The notes: generated from the sequence alone by a model not told the origin. Shown: positions 1 to 9,998, counted from the first letter of the stretch. The stretch is DNA of 64,000 bases from Microgenomates group bacterium (GCA_049301455.1 JBAQKY010000020.1:10184-74183), one strand, 5' to 3'. A program made the numbers and translations.

Positions 1-317
1 TTTGGTAAAAATTGTTTTAATAGTTCTTTTAAAACCTGCTCACCAATATTCCCTCTTAGTTTTGGGGATGACAAAAATTCTTGTAGATCTTTCATTCCCC
101 TACCAATTTCACTAAACTCCCCAATGTTTTTGTTAACGTCATTAATTACCCTCGCTGCATGATCAAGTCTTTCATTGAAAGATTTATTCTGTACTTCAAG
201 ACGTTGGCCTGTACTTCGAAGCCATTCAACTAAATCTCCAGAAGGTTTTTGTTTTAAAACTAAAACAATCAAAACAATTAGTACAATTAATATTATAATG
301 AGAAGTACTGTTTCCAT
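1..317 (-). CDS. RmuC-like DNA recombination protein, N-terminal part (gene runs off window start)
   Basis: Reverse-complement frame opens with ATG at 315-317 and has no stops to the window edge. Translation METVLLIIILIVLIVLIVLVLKQKPSGDL...SPKLRGNIGEQVLKELLKQFLP gives an N-terminal TM helix, a coiled coil, and RGNxGEQxLxxLL resembling the RmuC R-G-N-W-G-E motif. Recognised from memory only. Confidence 0.4.
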   Translation of the reverse strand, partial: METVLLIIILIVLIVLIVLVLKQKPSGDLVEWLRSTGQRLEVQNKSFNERLDHAARVINDVNKNIGEFSEIGRGMKDLQEFLSSPKLRGNIGEQVLKELLKQFLP

Positions 318-336
318 AACAACTTAAGTATATAGT

Positions 337-687
337 ATGCACAAAGAAATTAGAAAACAAATGGTATTAAGAAGAAAAAACTTCTTACCATCTTTGATTA
401 TTACCTTTGTATTACTCATGTCACTTATTACAATTGTTTACTTTACCGATCCCAATTCATCTTTTTTTGTATTTTTATTTTTTGTCAACTTTTTAATATT
501 ATTTATATTCTTTCTATCATTAATCCTTGGTAATTCTAGAAGAGGAATTGTAATTTCTATTTGTTTGACACTTTTTGTAATTTTGAGATATTTTGGAGTT
601 GGAAATATATTAAATGCCATATTACTTTCTGGCCTTGGTATAATAGCCCTAATATATCATGAACGCACTACAAAAACAGGTCACTAA
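337..687 (+). CDS. hypothetical small polytopic membrane protein
   Basis: 116-aa ORF with three to four hydrophobic helices. No recognisable motif. Confidence 0.35.
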   Translation: MHKEIRKQMVLRRKNFLPSLIITFVLLMSLITIVYFTDPNSSFFVFLFFVNFLILFIFFLSLILGNSRRGIVISICLTLFVILRYFGVGNILNAILLSGLGIIALIYHERTTKTGH

Positions 688-1024
688 TACTTTTTTTCAA
701 ACACTTGAGGATTTAAAAACCAAAGAAAATTTTGAGATATTTTTAAATGATTTTCTGACAGAAAAAGAATCAGATTCACTTACAAAACGCCTTGCAATCG
801 CCTATTGGCTTAAAAAAAGTAGAAATGATGAAAATATCAAAACAAATTTAAAAGCCACTCAAAAGGAAATTGATGAAGCAAAAGCCAAGTTGGATTCAAA
901 GGGTTATAAACTTGCAATCAAACTTATGGAAGCTGAAGAATGGGCAAATGTCTGGAGTGAAAAAATAAACAAGTTTCGACTTCATCGTAAAAAACTAGCT
1001 ACTAGACACGATAAACTTGTATAA
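659..1024 (+). CDS. TrpR-related YerC/YecD-family small DNA-binding protein (putative)
   Basis: 121 aa. FFQTLEDLKTKENFEIFLNDFLTEKE...RLAIAYWL resembles the YerC/YecD Trp-repressor-like family. Overlaps the upstream ORF by 29 nt. Confidence 0.4.
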   Translation: MNALQKQVTNTFFQTLEDLKTKENFEIFLNDFLTEKESDSLTKRLAIAYWLKKSRNDENIKTNLKATQKEIDEAKAKLDSKGYKLAIKLMEAEEWANVWSEKINKFRLHRKKLATRHDKLV

Positions 1025-2459
1025 TACCCCTATGGACAAAAAATATTACATTACCTGTGCAATACCATACGTCAATGCAGCTCCACATGTGGGACATGCC
1101 TTAGAGTTTGTACAAGGTGACGTTTTAGCTAGATATCACAGACTTTTGAGAGAAGATGTTGTTTTACTTTCTGGTGGTGATGAGAATGCTTTAAAAAATG
1201 TACAAGCTGCAGAAAATGCTGGTGTTCCTGTTCAAGAATTTGTTGACAAAAATAATAAATTGTTTGAAGAACTTATTAAAAACTTAAACTGTAAATTTGA
1301 TGTCTGGCAAAAAGGCAGTGACAAAGAAAAGCATTTCCCCTCCTCGCAAAAACTTTGGCAATTATGTGATAAGGCAGGAGATATATATCAAAAAGAATAT
1401 TCAGGACTTTACTGTGTTGGTTGCGAAACTTTTTATGAAAAAGAAGAATTAAACGAAAATGGAGAATGTTTCGAGCATGTTGGGAAAAAACTAGAACAAG
1501 TAAAAGAAAAAAATTACTTTTTTAAACTATCAAAATATCAGGACAAATTAATTGAATTAATAAAGAGTGATAAATTAAAAATTACACCTACCGAACGAAA
1601 AAACGAAGTTCTCTCCTTCCTAAAAGAACCACTTCAAGATATTTCAATCTCTCGTTCAAATGAAAGAGCAAAAAACTGGGGCGTGCCTGTACCAAACGAC
1701 TATTCCCAAAAAATTTATGTTTGGTTTGATGCCTTAAATATCTATCAAACAGGAGTTGGATTCAATTCAGATGAAGAAAAATATAAAAAATATTGGCCAG
1801 CTGACTTGCACGTAATTGGTAAAGGGATCTCAAGGTTCCATGCTGTTTATTGGCCTGCCTTTTTGATGTCTGCAAACTTGGAATTACCAAAAGAATTGTT
1901 TATTCATGGATATTTTACTGTTAATGGTCAAAAGATGAGTAAAACATTAGGGAACGTAATTGATCCTAACGATATTATAAACAAATATGGAACCGATGCC
2001 TTGAGATACTACTTTTTGGCTAAATTTTCACCATTTGCTGATGGAGACTTTTCAGAAGAAAAGTTAAAAGATGTTTACAATGCAGATCTTGCTAATGGTC
2101 TAGGCAATTTAATTTCAAGAATTGCTAGATTGTGCGAAACTTCAAGCTTTTCATTCGAATCAAAAGAAACAAATATCTATCCAGAAGTTGCAAAGGCTAT
2201 TGAAGAATATAGATTTGATACAGCTATGAAATTTATCTGGGATAAAATAAGCCAGATTGATCAAGATATAAATAAAAACGAGGTATGGAAATTAACAGGA
2301 GACAAGCTAAAAGAAAGGCTCCAATACTATTTAGAAGAAATAGCAGAAATTTCACTCAATCTAAAACCTTTCCTACCAAGTACGGTTGAAAAAATTGCAA
2401 AAGTATTTGGTGGCCCAGTAATAAAAATGCAGGAACCTCTATTCCCTAGAATAAAATAA
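1017..2459 (+). CDS. metG: methionyl-tRNA synthetase (short form, no C-terminal tRNA-binding domain)
   Basis: Class I HIGH motif (PHVGHA), KMSKS motif (KMSKTLGN) and CxxC zinc knuckle (CVGCETFYE). Overall MetRS N-terminal signature AIPYVNAAPHVGH. Confidence 0.9.
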   Translation: MYNTPMDKKYYITCAIPYVNAAPHVGHALEFVQGDVLARYHRLLREDVVLLSGGDENALKNVQAAENAGVPVQEFVDKNNKLFEELIKNLNCKFDVWQKGSDKEKHFPSSQKLWQLCDKAGDIYQKEYSGLYCVGCETFYEKEELNENGECFEHVGKKLEQVKEKNYFFKLSKYQDKLIELIKSDKLKITPTERKNEVLSFLKEPLQDISISRSNERAKNWGVPVPNDYSQKIYVWFDALNIYQTGVGFNSDEEKYKKYWPADLHVIGKGISRFHAVYWPAFLMSANLELPKELFIHGYFTVNGQKMSKTLGNVIDPNDIINKYGTDALRYYFLAKFSPFADGDFSEEKLKDVYNADLANGLGNLISRIARLCETSSFSFESKETNIYPEVAKAIEEYRFDTAMKFIWDKISQIDQDINKNEVWKLTGDKLKERLQYYLEEIAEISLNLKPFLPSTVEKIAKVFGGPVIKMQEPLFPRIK

Positions 2460-2460
2460 T

Positions 2461-3954
2461 ATGATCAGAAACTGGATAATTAAAAATGAAAAGACAGTGT
2501 TACGTTTTTTTGAAATCTTGCCAGGATTTTTTTCTTGGAATATGATTTTCTTACCTTATTGGGGTATATTCGTTTTTCCTAATTTTGTTGCATACTTTGT
2601 TCTACTTTTTAACGTTTATTGGTTTTATCAATCATTTTTAATTGCCATCACCTCAATTATTTCTCATACAAAAATTCAGGCAGCCATTAAATACGACTGG
2701 ATAACTGACTTAAAGACTTTTCCAGATTGGAAAAAAGTTCACAATATTGTTATTGTCCCTACGTATAAAGAACCTCTTCACATACTTGAAAGAACTATAG
2801 AATCACTTGCTAGCCAAACATTACCTACAAAGATGATGACTGTTATTTTAGCTATGGAAGAAAAAGAAGACAGAAAAGATAGAGACATGAAGTTTAATAG
2901 TTTAAAGAAAATGTTTGCTAAAAAGTTTAAATATTTTATTCAAACAAATCATAAATTAGTAGCAGGTGAAGCAGTTGGAAAAGCATCAAATGAAAAGTTT
3001 GCAGCCATTTATTTTAAAAATAATTACATTGATAAAGGATTAGTTGATATGGACTATTTAACAGTAACTAGTTGTGATGCAGATCATAAATACCACCCAA
3101 ACCACTTTGCATATCTATCATTTAAGTTTTTAGACAGTCCAACAAGATACAGGCACTTCTGGCAACCTGCTGTTATGTTTTACAACAATATTTGGGAATT
3201 ACCTGCAATCACAAGAGTCCCAAACACTTTTGGAACAATATTTAATCTTTCACAACTTCCAAGAAAAGATAGATTATTAAATACTGCTAACTATTCACTT
3301 TCGTTTAAACTACTTGACGAAGCTGGATACTGGGATGCAGACAAGATTCCAGAAGACTGGGGAATATTTTTCAAAGCATATTACAAAGTTAAAGGAGGTC
3401 TTGAAGTGGAACCAATTTACCTTCCACTTCACGCTGATGCAGCACAATCTACCTCTCACTGGAAAACAATTAAAAATCAGTATGAACAATATAAAAGATG
3501 GGCATGGGGAACATCTGATGATTCATGGATAATTAAAAATTATTTAGTAGACAGAGAAATTCCATTTTGGGATAAAACAACGAGAGTTTTGCATGTTATT
3601 TGGTCCCATTTTATGTGGCCTGTTAATTGGTTCATTGTAACAATTGGATTGACCTTGCCTACACTTATTAATCCTGCATTTGGAAGAACTGCATTGGGAT
3701 ATATGGTTCCAAAATTATCATCAATAATTTTAACTCTTTCACTTGGATTCTTCTTTGTCTTGTTCTTTGTAGATAATGTTTACAAACCAAAAAGGCCTGA
3801 TCATATATCTGTTTGGAGACAAATATTTATGCCATTTGAATTTATATTAATGCCAATTGCAGGATTTTTCTTTTCAGCTCTCCCTGGCCTTGATGCACAT
3901 ACAAGATTAATGTTGGGGAAATATATAGAATACAAGGTTACAGAAAAAGTATAA
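2461..3954 (+). CDS. processive family-2 glycosyltransferase (cellulose/chitin/hyaluronan-synthase-like), membrane-integrated
   Basis: N-terminal TM helices. TYKEP, SCDADH (DxD-like) and QYKRW (QxxRW processivity motif), then C-terminal TM helices. Confidence 0.7.
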   Translation: MIRNWIIKNEKTVLRFFEILPGFFSWNMIFLPYWGIFVFPNFVAYFVLLFNVYWFYQSFLIAITSIISHTKIQAAIKYDWITDLKTFPDWKKVHNIVIVPTYKEPLHILERTIESLASQTLPTKMMTVILAMEEKEDRKDRDMKFNSLKKMFAKKFKYFIQTNHKLVAGEAVGKASNEKFAAIYFKNNYIDKGLVDMDYLTVTSCDADHKYHPNHFAYLSFKFLDSPTRYRHFWQPAVMFYNNIWELPAITRVPNTFGTIFNLSQLPRKDRLLNTANYSLSFKLLDEAGYWDADKIPEDWGIFFKAYYKVKGGLEVEPIYLPLHADAAQSTSHWKTIKNQYEQYKRWAWGTSDDSWIIKNYLVDREIPFWDKTTRVLHVIWSHFMWPVNWFIVTIGLTLPTLINPAFGRTALGYMVPKLSSIILTLSLGFFFVLFFVDNVYKPKRPDHISVWRQIFMPFEFILMPIAGFFFSALPGLDAHTRLMLGKYIEYKVTEKV

Positions 3955-3956
3955 AG

Positions 3957-4484
3957 ATGTCAGAACAGACTAACATTGCAATTGACGTACGTAACCAAAA
4001 AAACCTAGAGAATCTGTTTCCAGGAGGTTTCAGGATAACAAGGGGACGGACATCGGGCTATGGATGTTCAGCTTTCGTATTAAATCATTTCTTTCCCAAA
4101 AGATTTTCACTTTACGATACCGATCCGGATATAAACAATACTTTCAAGGATGAAGGCAATAATCAATTTAAGGTTGTGGATGAATATGAAGTTAGCAAAG
4201 CAGAAAATGTACGCCACTCTGAACATTTCAAAAAGGACGCAGTAATTGCCTATGTTGACCTAACGCCAATTGAACTCTTTGGTAGAACCGTAGAAAACAA
4301 GACTGTGAACCATGTTGGCGTTATCGTAGAAGATCCAGAACAAGGTCTCTGTTTAGAATCAAAATTAAATCCTCAAAATTCTCCCCAAATAATAACTTTT
4401 GATCTCGGTGACATGTTGAGATATGAACAAGAAGCCGGTACCGTCACTCATATCCAAATATTAGAGGCAATTAAAAGTAAGTGA
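3957..4484 (+). CDS. hypothetical soluble protein
   Basis: 175-aa ORF, translationally coupled to upstream GT2 (stop/start 2 nt apart). No motif recognised. Confidence 0.45.
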   Translation: MSEQTNIAIDVRNQKNLENLFPGGFRITRGRTSGYGCSAFVLNHFFPKRFSLYDTDPDINNTFKDEGNNQFKVVDEYEVSKAENVRHSEHFKKDAVIAYVDLTPIELFGRTVENKTVNHVGVIVEDPEQGLCLESKLNPQNSPQIITFDLGDMLRYEQEAGTVTHIQILEAIKSK

Positions 4485-4505
4485 GTTTTATGCTAATATT
4501 AAATA

Positions 4506-5999
4506 GTGAAAAACTTCATCAAAAAATATTGGAATAAACTTATTTCTGTCATTGATACCCCAATTTGGCTTGAGATATTTTTTGTAGTAATAATTCTTCT
4601 TCGAATCCCTTCATTTTTTGAGCCATATTACTACGGTGATGAAATGATTTATTTAACACTTGGTGAAGGTGTTAGACAAGGAGTTCCACTTTATTCAGGG
4701 CTGCATGACAATAAACCACCGCTCCTCTACCTAACAGCTGCCATTTCAGGTAATGTTTTTATCTTTAAAGCATTACTTGCTGCATTTAATTTACTTGCCG
4801 TCTATCTTTTCTGGAAGCTTACAAAAATATTATTTCCAAAAAATGACAAGCTTAGTACAGTATCAACTGTTATTTTTGGAATATTTTCAACAATCCCATT
4901 ACTTGAAGGAAATATTGCAAATGCAGAAAACTTCATGATGGTTCCTGTTTTAATGGCTCTACTTTACGCATTAACACGTAAAGACAGTTTAAAGAATATG
5001 TTTTTTGTAGGTATTATGTTCTCTATTGGTTCGCTGTTTAAGATAGTTGCTGCTTTTGATATCTTAGGTTTAATTGCCTTTTGGTTAATATTTGTCAAAA
5101 AAGACAACTTTATAGAACTAATTAAAAAAGTAATATTTTTATCTCTTGGTTTTATAATACCAATCCTATTAACTTTTGTTTGGTACTTTTTAAGAGGTGC
5201 TTTGTCTGAATATGTGATTGCTGCCTATTTACAAAATTTTGGATATTTAAGCAGTTGGAAAAGATCAGCAACAGACATACCATTTTTGGTTAAAAATGCC
5301 CCACTCTTAATTCGCTTTGGAATAATGCTTTTTGGTTTCTTTGTTTTGTGGCTTTTAAGAAACAAATTGTCTAAACAATTTATCTTTGTTACTGCTTGGC
5401 TACTAGCAACACTTTTTGCAGTAACTTTATCAGAACGTCCATATCCACATTATTTTCTACAATCACTTGCTCCTGTTTCAATTCTTTTTGGGATGTTGTT
5501 TACCTTAAAAAATGTTGAACAGAGTTTAACTGTTATACCCCTTACACTTGCTTTCTTTGTACCTTTTTACTTTAAATTCTGGTATTACCAAACAGTTCCC
5601 TATTATGAAAGATTTATAAAATTTGCCACAAAACAAATAACAAGAGATGAATACTTTAATAAGTTTTCACCTCAACTGATAAACAACTATGAAATAGCAG
5701 ATTTCTTAGCAAAAACTGCCAAAAAGGAGGATCGCGTCTTCGTCTGGAGTAACGACTCATCAGCAATATATTCACTCTCAAGAAGACTGCCCCCAACTAA
5801 ATATGTTGCAGACTATCATTTCAGAGATTTCTCAACAGAAGAAATGACAATTGCAGAACTTAAAAAAACAATGCCAAAGTTTGTAGTTGTTACGCCCAAT
5901 TCATTTCCATTTGAGAGCCTTAACGTGTTTTTGGCAGAAAACTATTATATAATCTCAGAAATAGGTTCCTCACAAATATGGCTTTACTTAAACAAATAA
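4506..5999 (+). CDS. GT-C fold glycosyltransferase (ArnT/PMT-like, GT39/GT83-type polyprenyl-phosphate-sugar dependent)
   Basis: 497 aa with about 11 predicted TM helices. First extracytoplasmic loop has YYYGDEMIYLTLGEG, a DE motif typical of ArnT/PMT-type GT-C enzymes. Confidence 0.65.
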   Translation: MKNFIKKYWNKLISVIDTPIWLEIFFVVIILLRIPSFFEPYYYGDEMIYLTLGEGVRQGVPLYSGLHDNKPPLLYLTAAISGNVFIFKALLAAFNLLAVYLFWKLTKILFPKNDKLSTVSTVIFGIFSTIPLLEGNIANAENFMMVPVLMALLYALTRKDSLKNMFFVGIMFSIGSLFKIVAAFDILGLIAFWLIFVKKDNFIELIKKVIFLSLGFIIPILLTFVWYFLRGALSEYVIAAYLQNFGYLSSWKRSATDIPFLVKNAPLLIRFGIMLFGFFVLWLLRNKLSKQFIFVTAWLLATLFAVTLSERPYPHYFLQSLAPVSILFGMLFTLKNVEQSLTVIPLTLAFFVPFYFKFWYYQTVPYYERFIKFATKQITRDEYFNKFSPQLINNYEIADFLAKTAKKEDRVFVWSNDSSAIYSLSRRLPPTKYVADYHFRDFSTEEMTIAELKKTMPKFVVVTPNSFPFESLNVFLAENYYIISEIGSSQIWLYLNK

Positions 6000-6382
6000 A
6001 GAACCCACTATCAAGGTTAAAAGATGGTGTTGGGATTAAAATAGACTCCAGATTTGAAAAAATACCACTTAAATCACTTTTTTTGATATCAATTATTGTA
6101 AATATTTTGTTTATTTTGCTTGGACTAGTTAGTCAATTAGTATTACCACCTGAAGTTCCATTATTTTATGGATTGCCTAAAAATAGTGAGCAGCTTGCAC
6201 CATCTTTATTCATAATAGTACCGGCAGTAATTTCTTTATTCATAACAGTAGTAAATGCTGTAATATCTATAAACGTTGACAGTACCTACCTCAAAAAAAC
6301 TTTAGCCTTTGCATCAATATCAGTCTGTTTATTAAGCGTAATTGCCACATATAAAATTATATTTTTAGTAGGTTCTATATAA
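5978..6382 (+). CDS. small 3-4 TM membrane protein (possible GtrA-like or flippase accessory)
   Basis: 134 aa, hydrophobic, overlaps the GT-C gene end by 22 nt. Function not supported by motifs. Confidence 0.4.
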   Translation: MALLKQIKNPLSRLKDGVGIKIDSRFEKIPLKSLFLISIIVNILFILLGLVSQLVLPPEVPLFYGLPKNSEQLAPSLFIIVPAVISLFITVVNAVISINVDSTYLKKTLAFASISVCLLSVIATYKIIFLVGSI

Positions 6383-6386
6383 GAAT

Positions 6387-7415
6387 ATGGATAAATTGTT
6401 TTACTTATTGTTTCTTCCACTCTTAATCTCGGCATTTGTATCTTTTGTAATAACTCCTCTAGTTATTAAGTTTGCCAAAAGGTTAAAAATAATGGATGAT
6501 CCAAGGAAGAATAACCATCCCAAAGTAATCCACACCAAACCAATTCCTAGAGGTGGGGGTATCCCAGTATTTATTGCTATTTTAGTTACCTCACTTTTAT
6601 TCATACCAATCGACAAACATTTAATCTCAATACTTATTGGAGCAGGAATAATTTTTATAATGGGTTTTTTAGACGACAGATACAATCTAAATCCTTATGT
6701 TAGACTAATTGTTGGATTTATAGCAGCCTTTATTCCAATTTCTCAAGGTATTGGAATATCATTTCTAACAAACCCGTTTGGAGGAATAATAGATCTTTCA
6801 AACCCAATCATATCTGACATGTTTGCGTTAGTCTGGGTTGTCTTCATGATGAACATGGTAAATATGGGGGCAAAAGGAATTGATGGACAACTTTCAGGTG
6901 TCGCAGTCATATCAGCCTTAACAATTACAGCATTATCATTTTATTACTCTACAGACATAACCCAATGGCCTGTTATTCTAATTTCGTCAATTACAGCAGG
7001 CGCCTTTTTTGGTTTTTTTATCTGGCATAAGTACCCTCAAAAGATAATGCCTGGGTATGGTGGGTCAACACTTGCAGGATATATGCTGGCTATTGCCTCA
7101 ATACTGTCTACCACTAAGGTTGGTACTTTAATTGTTGTCTTAGGTATTCCGCTTATCGATACTGGATATGTAGTTATCAGAAGAGTTCTTTCTGGAAAAT
7201 CTCCTGTCTGGGGTGACAGAGGTCATCTTCACCATAAACTATTGGATTCGGGATTATCAAAAAAACAAGTCTCACAAGTCTATTGGTCACTAACTGCGAT
7301 ACTTGGAATTTTGGCTCTTAATTTGAATAGCACATATAAGTTGTATACAATTATAGGAGTATCGTTAGTTTTGGGTGGGGTAATTCTGTTCTTAACCAAA
7401 AAACAAAAAATATAA
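6387..7415 (+). CDS. polyprenyl-phosphate N-acetylhexosamine-1-phosphate transferase (GT4 MraY/WecA family)
   Basis: GFLDDRYNL, MVNMGAKGIDGQ (NxxNxxDGIDG) and 10-11 TM helices, typical of WecA/TagO/MraY. Confidence 0.8.
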   Translation: MDKLFYLLFLPLLISAFVSFVITPLVIKFAKRLKIMDDPRKNNHPKVIHTKPIPRGGGIPVFIAILVTSLLFIPIDKHLISILIGAGIIFIMGFLDDRYNLNPYVRLIVGFIAAFIPISQGIGISFLTNPFGGIIDLSNPIISDMFALVWVVFMMNMVNMGAKGIDGQLSGVAVISALTITALSFYYSTDITQWPVILISSITAGAFFGFFIWHKYPQKIMPGYGGSTLAGYMLAIASILSTTKVGTLIVVLGIPLIDTGYVVIRRVLSGKSPVWGDRGHLHHKLLDSGLSKKQVSQVYWSLTAILGILALNLNSTYKLYTIIGVSLVLGGVILFLTKKQKI

Positions 7416-8353
7416 TGTTTAATTTAATTTTAGAAGCAATCAAGATAGCAAGACTTATTCACTGGGTTAAAAACCTAGCCATCTTTGGGGCGCTTCTCTT
7501 AACTGGCACTTTGTATGAAACTGGGCTATTTAAAGACGTTTTGGAGGCCTTTTTTGCCTTCTCCTTTGCAACATCAGCAACTTACATATTTAATGACATA
7601 ATTGATGCAGCTGCAGACAGACTTCATCCTGTAAAAAAGAATAGACCAATTGCCGCAGGTAAATTACCAATGTTTATAGCCATACTTGAACTTATTGGTT
7701 TTGTTGTGCTTTCATTGGCTATGGCAGCCTACATTAATCAATTATTATTTACGCTTATCCTTGTATATCTTGGTATGCAAATTTTTTATAGTTTGGGTTT
7801 AAAAAACATACCTGTTATAGACATATTAATAATAGCTTCAGGATTTATTATCAGAGTCTATGCTGGAGCTTTTGTAATTGATGCTCATCTTTCAGTTTGG
7901 TTTTTACTTTGTGTTGTTTCTGCTTCCCTCTTCCTTGCTGCTGGAAAAAGAAGGTCAGAAATTAATCTACTTGAAGCGATATCTGGTGGAACCAGAAAAA
8001 GTTTAACTAAATATTCAACAGAACTCCTAAACAGTTATGTCACTATGTTTGGAAACGCCACATGGATGAGTTGGAGTTTATATACATTTTTTGAGAGTCC
8101 AAAAGCTTCACTTGATTTTTGGATGGTCTTGGCTGAAGTCTCAAGAGCAACAACAATTGATAAACTGATGATGCTTACCATTCCCGTAGTTATTTTTGGA
8201 ATTATGCGTTATGAGGCACTTATTTTTGAAGGTAAATCAGAAGCTCCAGAAAAATTATTATTAACTGACAAGGCTCTAATCATTGCAGTTGGCCTTTGGA
8301 TTGCACTTGTATATTGGATTATATATTCAGGAGTATCAGTGAGTGGGATTTAA
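7415..8353 (+). CDS. UbiA-family prenyl-phosphate phosphoribosyltransferase (decaprenyl-phosphate 5-phosphoribosyltransferase-like)
   Basis: NDIIDAAADRLHPVKKNRPIAAGKL matches NDxxDxxxD plus the DRxHPxKxxRPIAaG signature I recall for Rv3806c-type DPPR synthases. Polytopic. Confidence 0.65.
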   Translation: MFNLILEAIKIARLIHWVKNLAIFGALLLTGTLYETGLFKDVLEAFFAFSFATSATYIFNDIIDAAADRLHPVKKNRPIAAGKLPMFIAILELIGFVVLSLAMAAYINQLLFTLILVYLGMQIFYSLGLKNIPVIDILIIASGFIIRVYAGAFVIDAHLSVWFLLCVVSASLFLAAGKRRSEINLLEAISGGTRKSLTKYSTELLNSYVTMFGNATWMSWSLYTFFESPKASLDFWMVLAEVSRATTIDKLMMLTIPVVIFGIMRYEALIFEGKSEAPEKLLLTDKALIIAVGLWIALVYWIIYSGVSVSGI

Positions 8354-8360
8354 ACAATTA

Positions 8361-8606
8361 TTAAATTCTCATTCTTTTATTAACACCATTTGCAATTCCA
8401 CCGAGTTCATTTTCCTGAGGACGAGACACTGCTCTGAAAATATTATCAATTGAAACGGCAAGTGGATTAAATTTAATTTCAACCACTGGTTGACCAGCAT
8501 CTATACTATCTGTACCAACCGCTGAAACCCATACGCCGTCTAAACCATCGATTAGTGGCTCAATTTCATGTCGTGTTCCCCATACTGTAACGGTTTGTTT
8601 TTTCAT
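8361..8606 (-). CDS. hypothetical protein (within GC-rich foreign patch)
   Basis: 81-aa ORF in a region with visibly higher GC than its surroundings. No motif. Confidence 0.3.
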   Translation of the reverse strand: MKKQTVTVWGTRHEIEPLIDGLDGVWVSAVGTDSIDAGQPVVEIKFNPLAVSIDNIFRAVSRPQENELGGIANGVNKRMRI

Positions 8607-8692
8607 AATTTTATATTTGTAACTTTGAGGGGTATTATAGAATTGAAATCTATTTTATACCCCTCACGGTTACTATCTTGTCTTGTTATTTT

Positions 8693-8899
8693 TTAGAAAA
8701 TGATTTCCCCAATCATTACAAATCCAACAAGCGCTATCACTAAGCACATCGCTAAGCTAAAAAGGCTCAAGAGTACCGCAAAGAAACGGATCAGACCCCT
8801 TTCTTCTTCAACTCGCCTTATACCTCGCAGCGCTTGTCTTACTTCGATTATCGTTCTCAAATTGTTTACAAATTCGTCATTACCACCATCATTCGACAT
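8693..8899 (-). CDS. hypothetical small membrane protein (GC-rich patch)
   Basis: 68 aa with a C-terminal TM helix. A plus-strand ORF 8700-8951 overlaps it. Minus strand chosen because all neighbours are minus. Confidence 0.25.
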   Translation of the reverse strand: MSNDGGNDEFVNNLRTIIEVRQALRGIRRVEEERGLIRFFAVLLSLFSLAMCLVIALVGFVMIGEIIF

Positions 8900-9052
8900 A
8901 TCAATTCCTTTCAGTTTATTAGGCTTACAAATCCTGAGGCTATTGCCATAATTATTGCACCGACTGGCACATAGACCATGGAAAAGTACATTCCCATACC
9001 CATGACGATGAATGGCTCGTCCTCTGCAAACGATAAAAGGACATACTCACCC

Positions 9053-9244
9053 TTAAGCCCAAAAAAAAAGAGCTATACTACCAATAACAAAAGGTAACAA
9101 TACCCACGAACTTTCAGTGTTTGGACCCCACCACGAAGTAATGACAAAACAGACAAAGCAAACCAACCACAGCCAGAATCTATGTTTGTCATATTTCTCA
9201 GACAATTCATAAATCTTTTCAAAAAATTTATCTCTTTTATTCAT
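9053..9244 (-). CDS. hypothetical small 2-TM protein (GC-rich patch)
   Basis: 63 aa, FWLWLVCFVCFVITSWW...LLPFVIGSIALFFW. Confidence 0.3.
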   Translation of the reverse strand: MNKRDKFFEKIYELSEKYDKHRFWLWLVCFVCFVITSWWGPNTESSWVLLPFVIGSIALFFWA

Positions 9245-9409
9245 CTTGCACCTCCATGCAAAAGTTTCAGATATGATTCATTAATAGTCATCACCTACTA
9301 ATGTCAAACAAGATAGTAAATCAAAGAACAGATCTCAACTTATAGGTAGAGAGGAAGCATAATTTTAGAATAGTTGTCTAAGATTAGGCTTCCCTCTTTC
9401 TTGCACTGT

Positions 9410-9634
9410 TTAGTATGGACGTTGGACAATCATGTCCGTATCGTGCTCGGAAACGCCTTTTTTCTTCGCTTCCAGTCCTTGCAATTCCATTTTCTTTTTT
9501 TCAATTCTGTTTCTCTCCTCCATTGCTTTAGCTACAGCACTAATAGCATCGGCAACTTTATCAATCGAGAGAACCAAACCTGTACCCAACATCAAAGCTA
9601 CAACAAGCCTCCACAGTTCAAAATTCATTCTCAT
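9410..9634 (-). CDS. hypothetical membrane-anchored coiled-coil protein (GC-rich patch)
   Basis: 74 aa with an N-terminal TM helix then a charged helix (EERNRIEKKKMELQGLEAKKKG). Overlapping plus-strand ORFs were judged to be shadows. Confidence 0.3.
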   Translation of the reverse strand: MRMNFELWRLVVALMLGTGLVLSIDKVADAISAVAKAMEERNRIEKKKMELQGLEAKKKGVSEHDTDMIVQRPY

Positions 9635-9764
9635 CTCCTCTCAACTAGATGTGTGCAAGAAACTCTACCTATGGATATCCTATAACTAGTTGAATGGATT
9701 ATCTTGACACAATTTGGACAATTTGGATTATTTATTCAGAAATTTTTGAATGTGGAATTTAAAA

Positions 9765-9998
9765 TTACCATCCCTCAGGAAGAGCGGTTGAAGCTGCGCC
9801 TAACGCCTGCGCCAACATCCTCTTTGTTCTTCCATCAAACGGTCCAGCAGCAGTCAAAGCGTCATCCCTTAGATCTTCCATTAACTTTCCTATTGAAAAC
9901 TCACCATCCTTAGTTCTGGTTTCGTCAGGAAGTCTTGGACGATAACCTTTACGGCTACCGTGTCGAATTAGCTTTTCACCAAATTTTCTAATTTCCAC
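9765..9998 (-). CDS. hypothetical protein, GTG start; possibly the C-terminal half of a frameshifted gene
   Basis: 77 aa. Starts with GTG and overlaps the upstream ORF by 11 nt across an A-rich homopolymer tract (AAAAGAAAAAG). Confidence 0.3.
   Translation of the reverse strand: MEIRKFGEKLIRHGSRKGYRPRLPDETRTKDGEFSIGKLMEDLRDDALTAAGPFDGRTKRMLAQALGAASTALPEGW

Noticed and set aside
3314-6685. Short internal or antisense ORFs (3314-3532, 4753-4938, 6401-6685) within the GT2, GT-C and WecA genes
   Set aside because: They are fully contained in longer ORFs that carry strong family motifs. No RBS or homology support.
8700-8951. 83-aa plus-strand ORF overlapping the 68-aa minus-strand ORF in the GC-rich patch
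   Set aside because: The two are mutually exclusive. Minus orientation kept because every neighbouring gene in the patch is minus-strand. Neither has motif support, so confidence is low either way.
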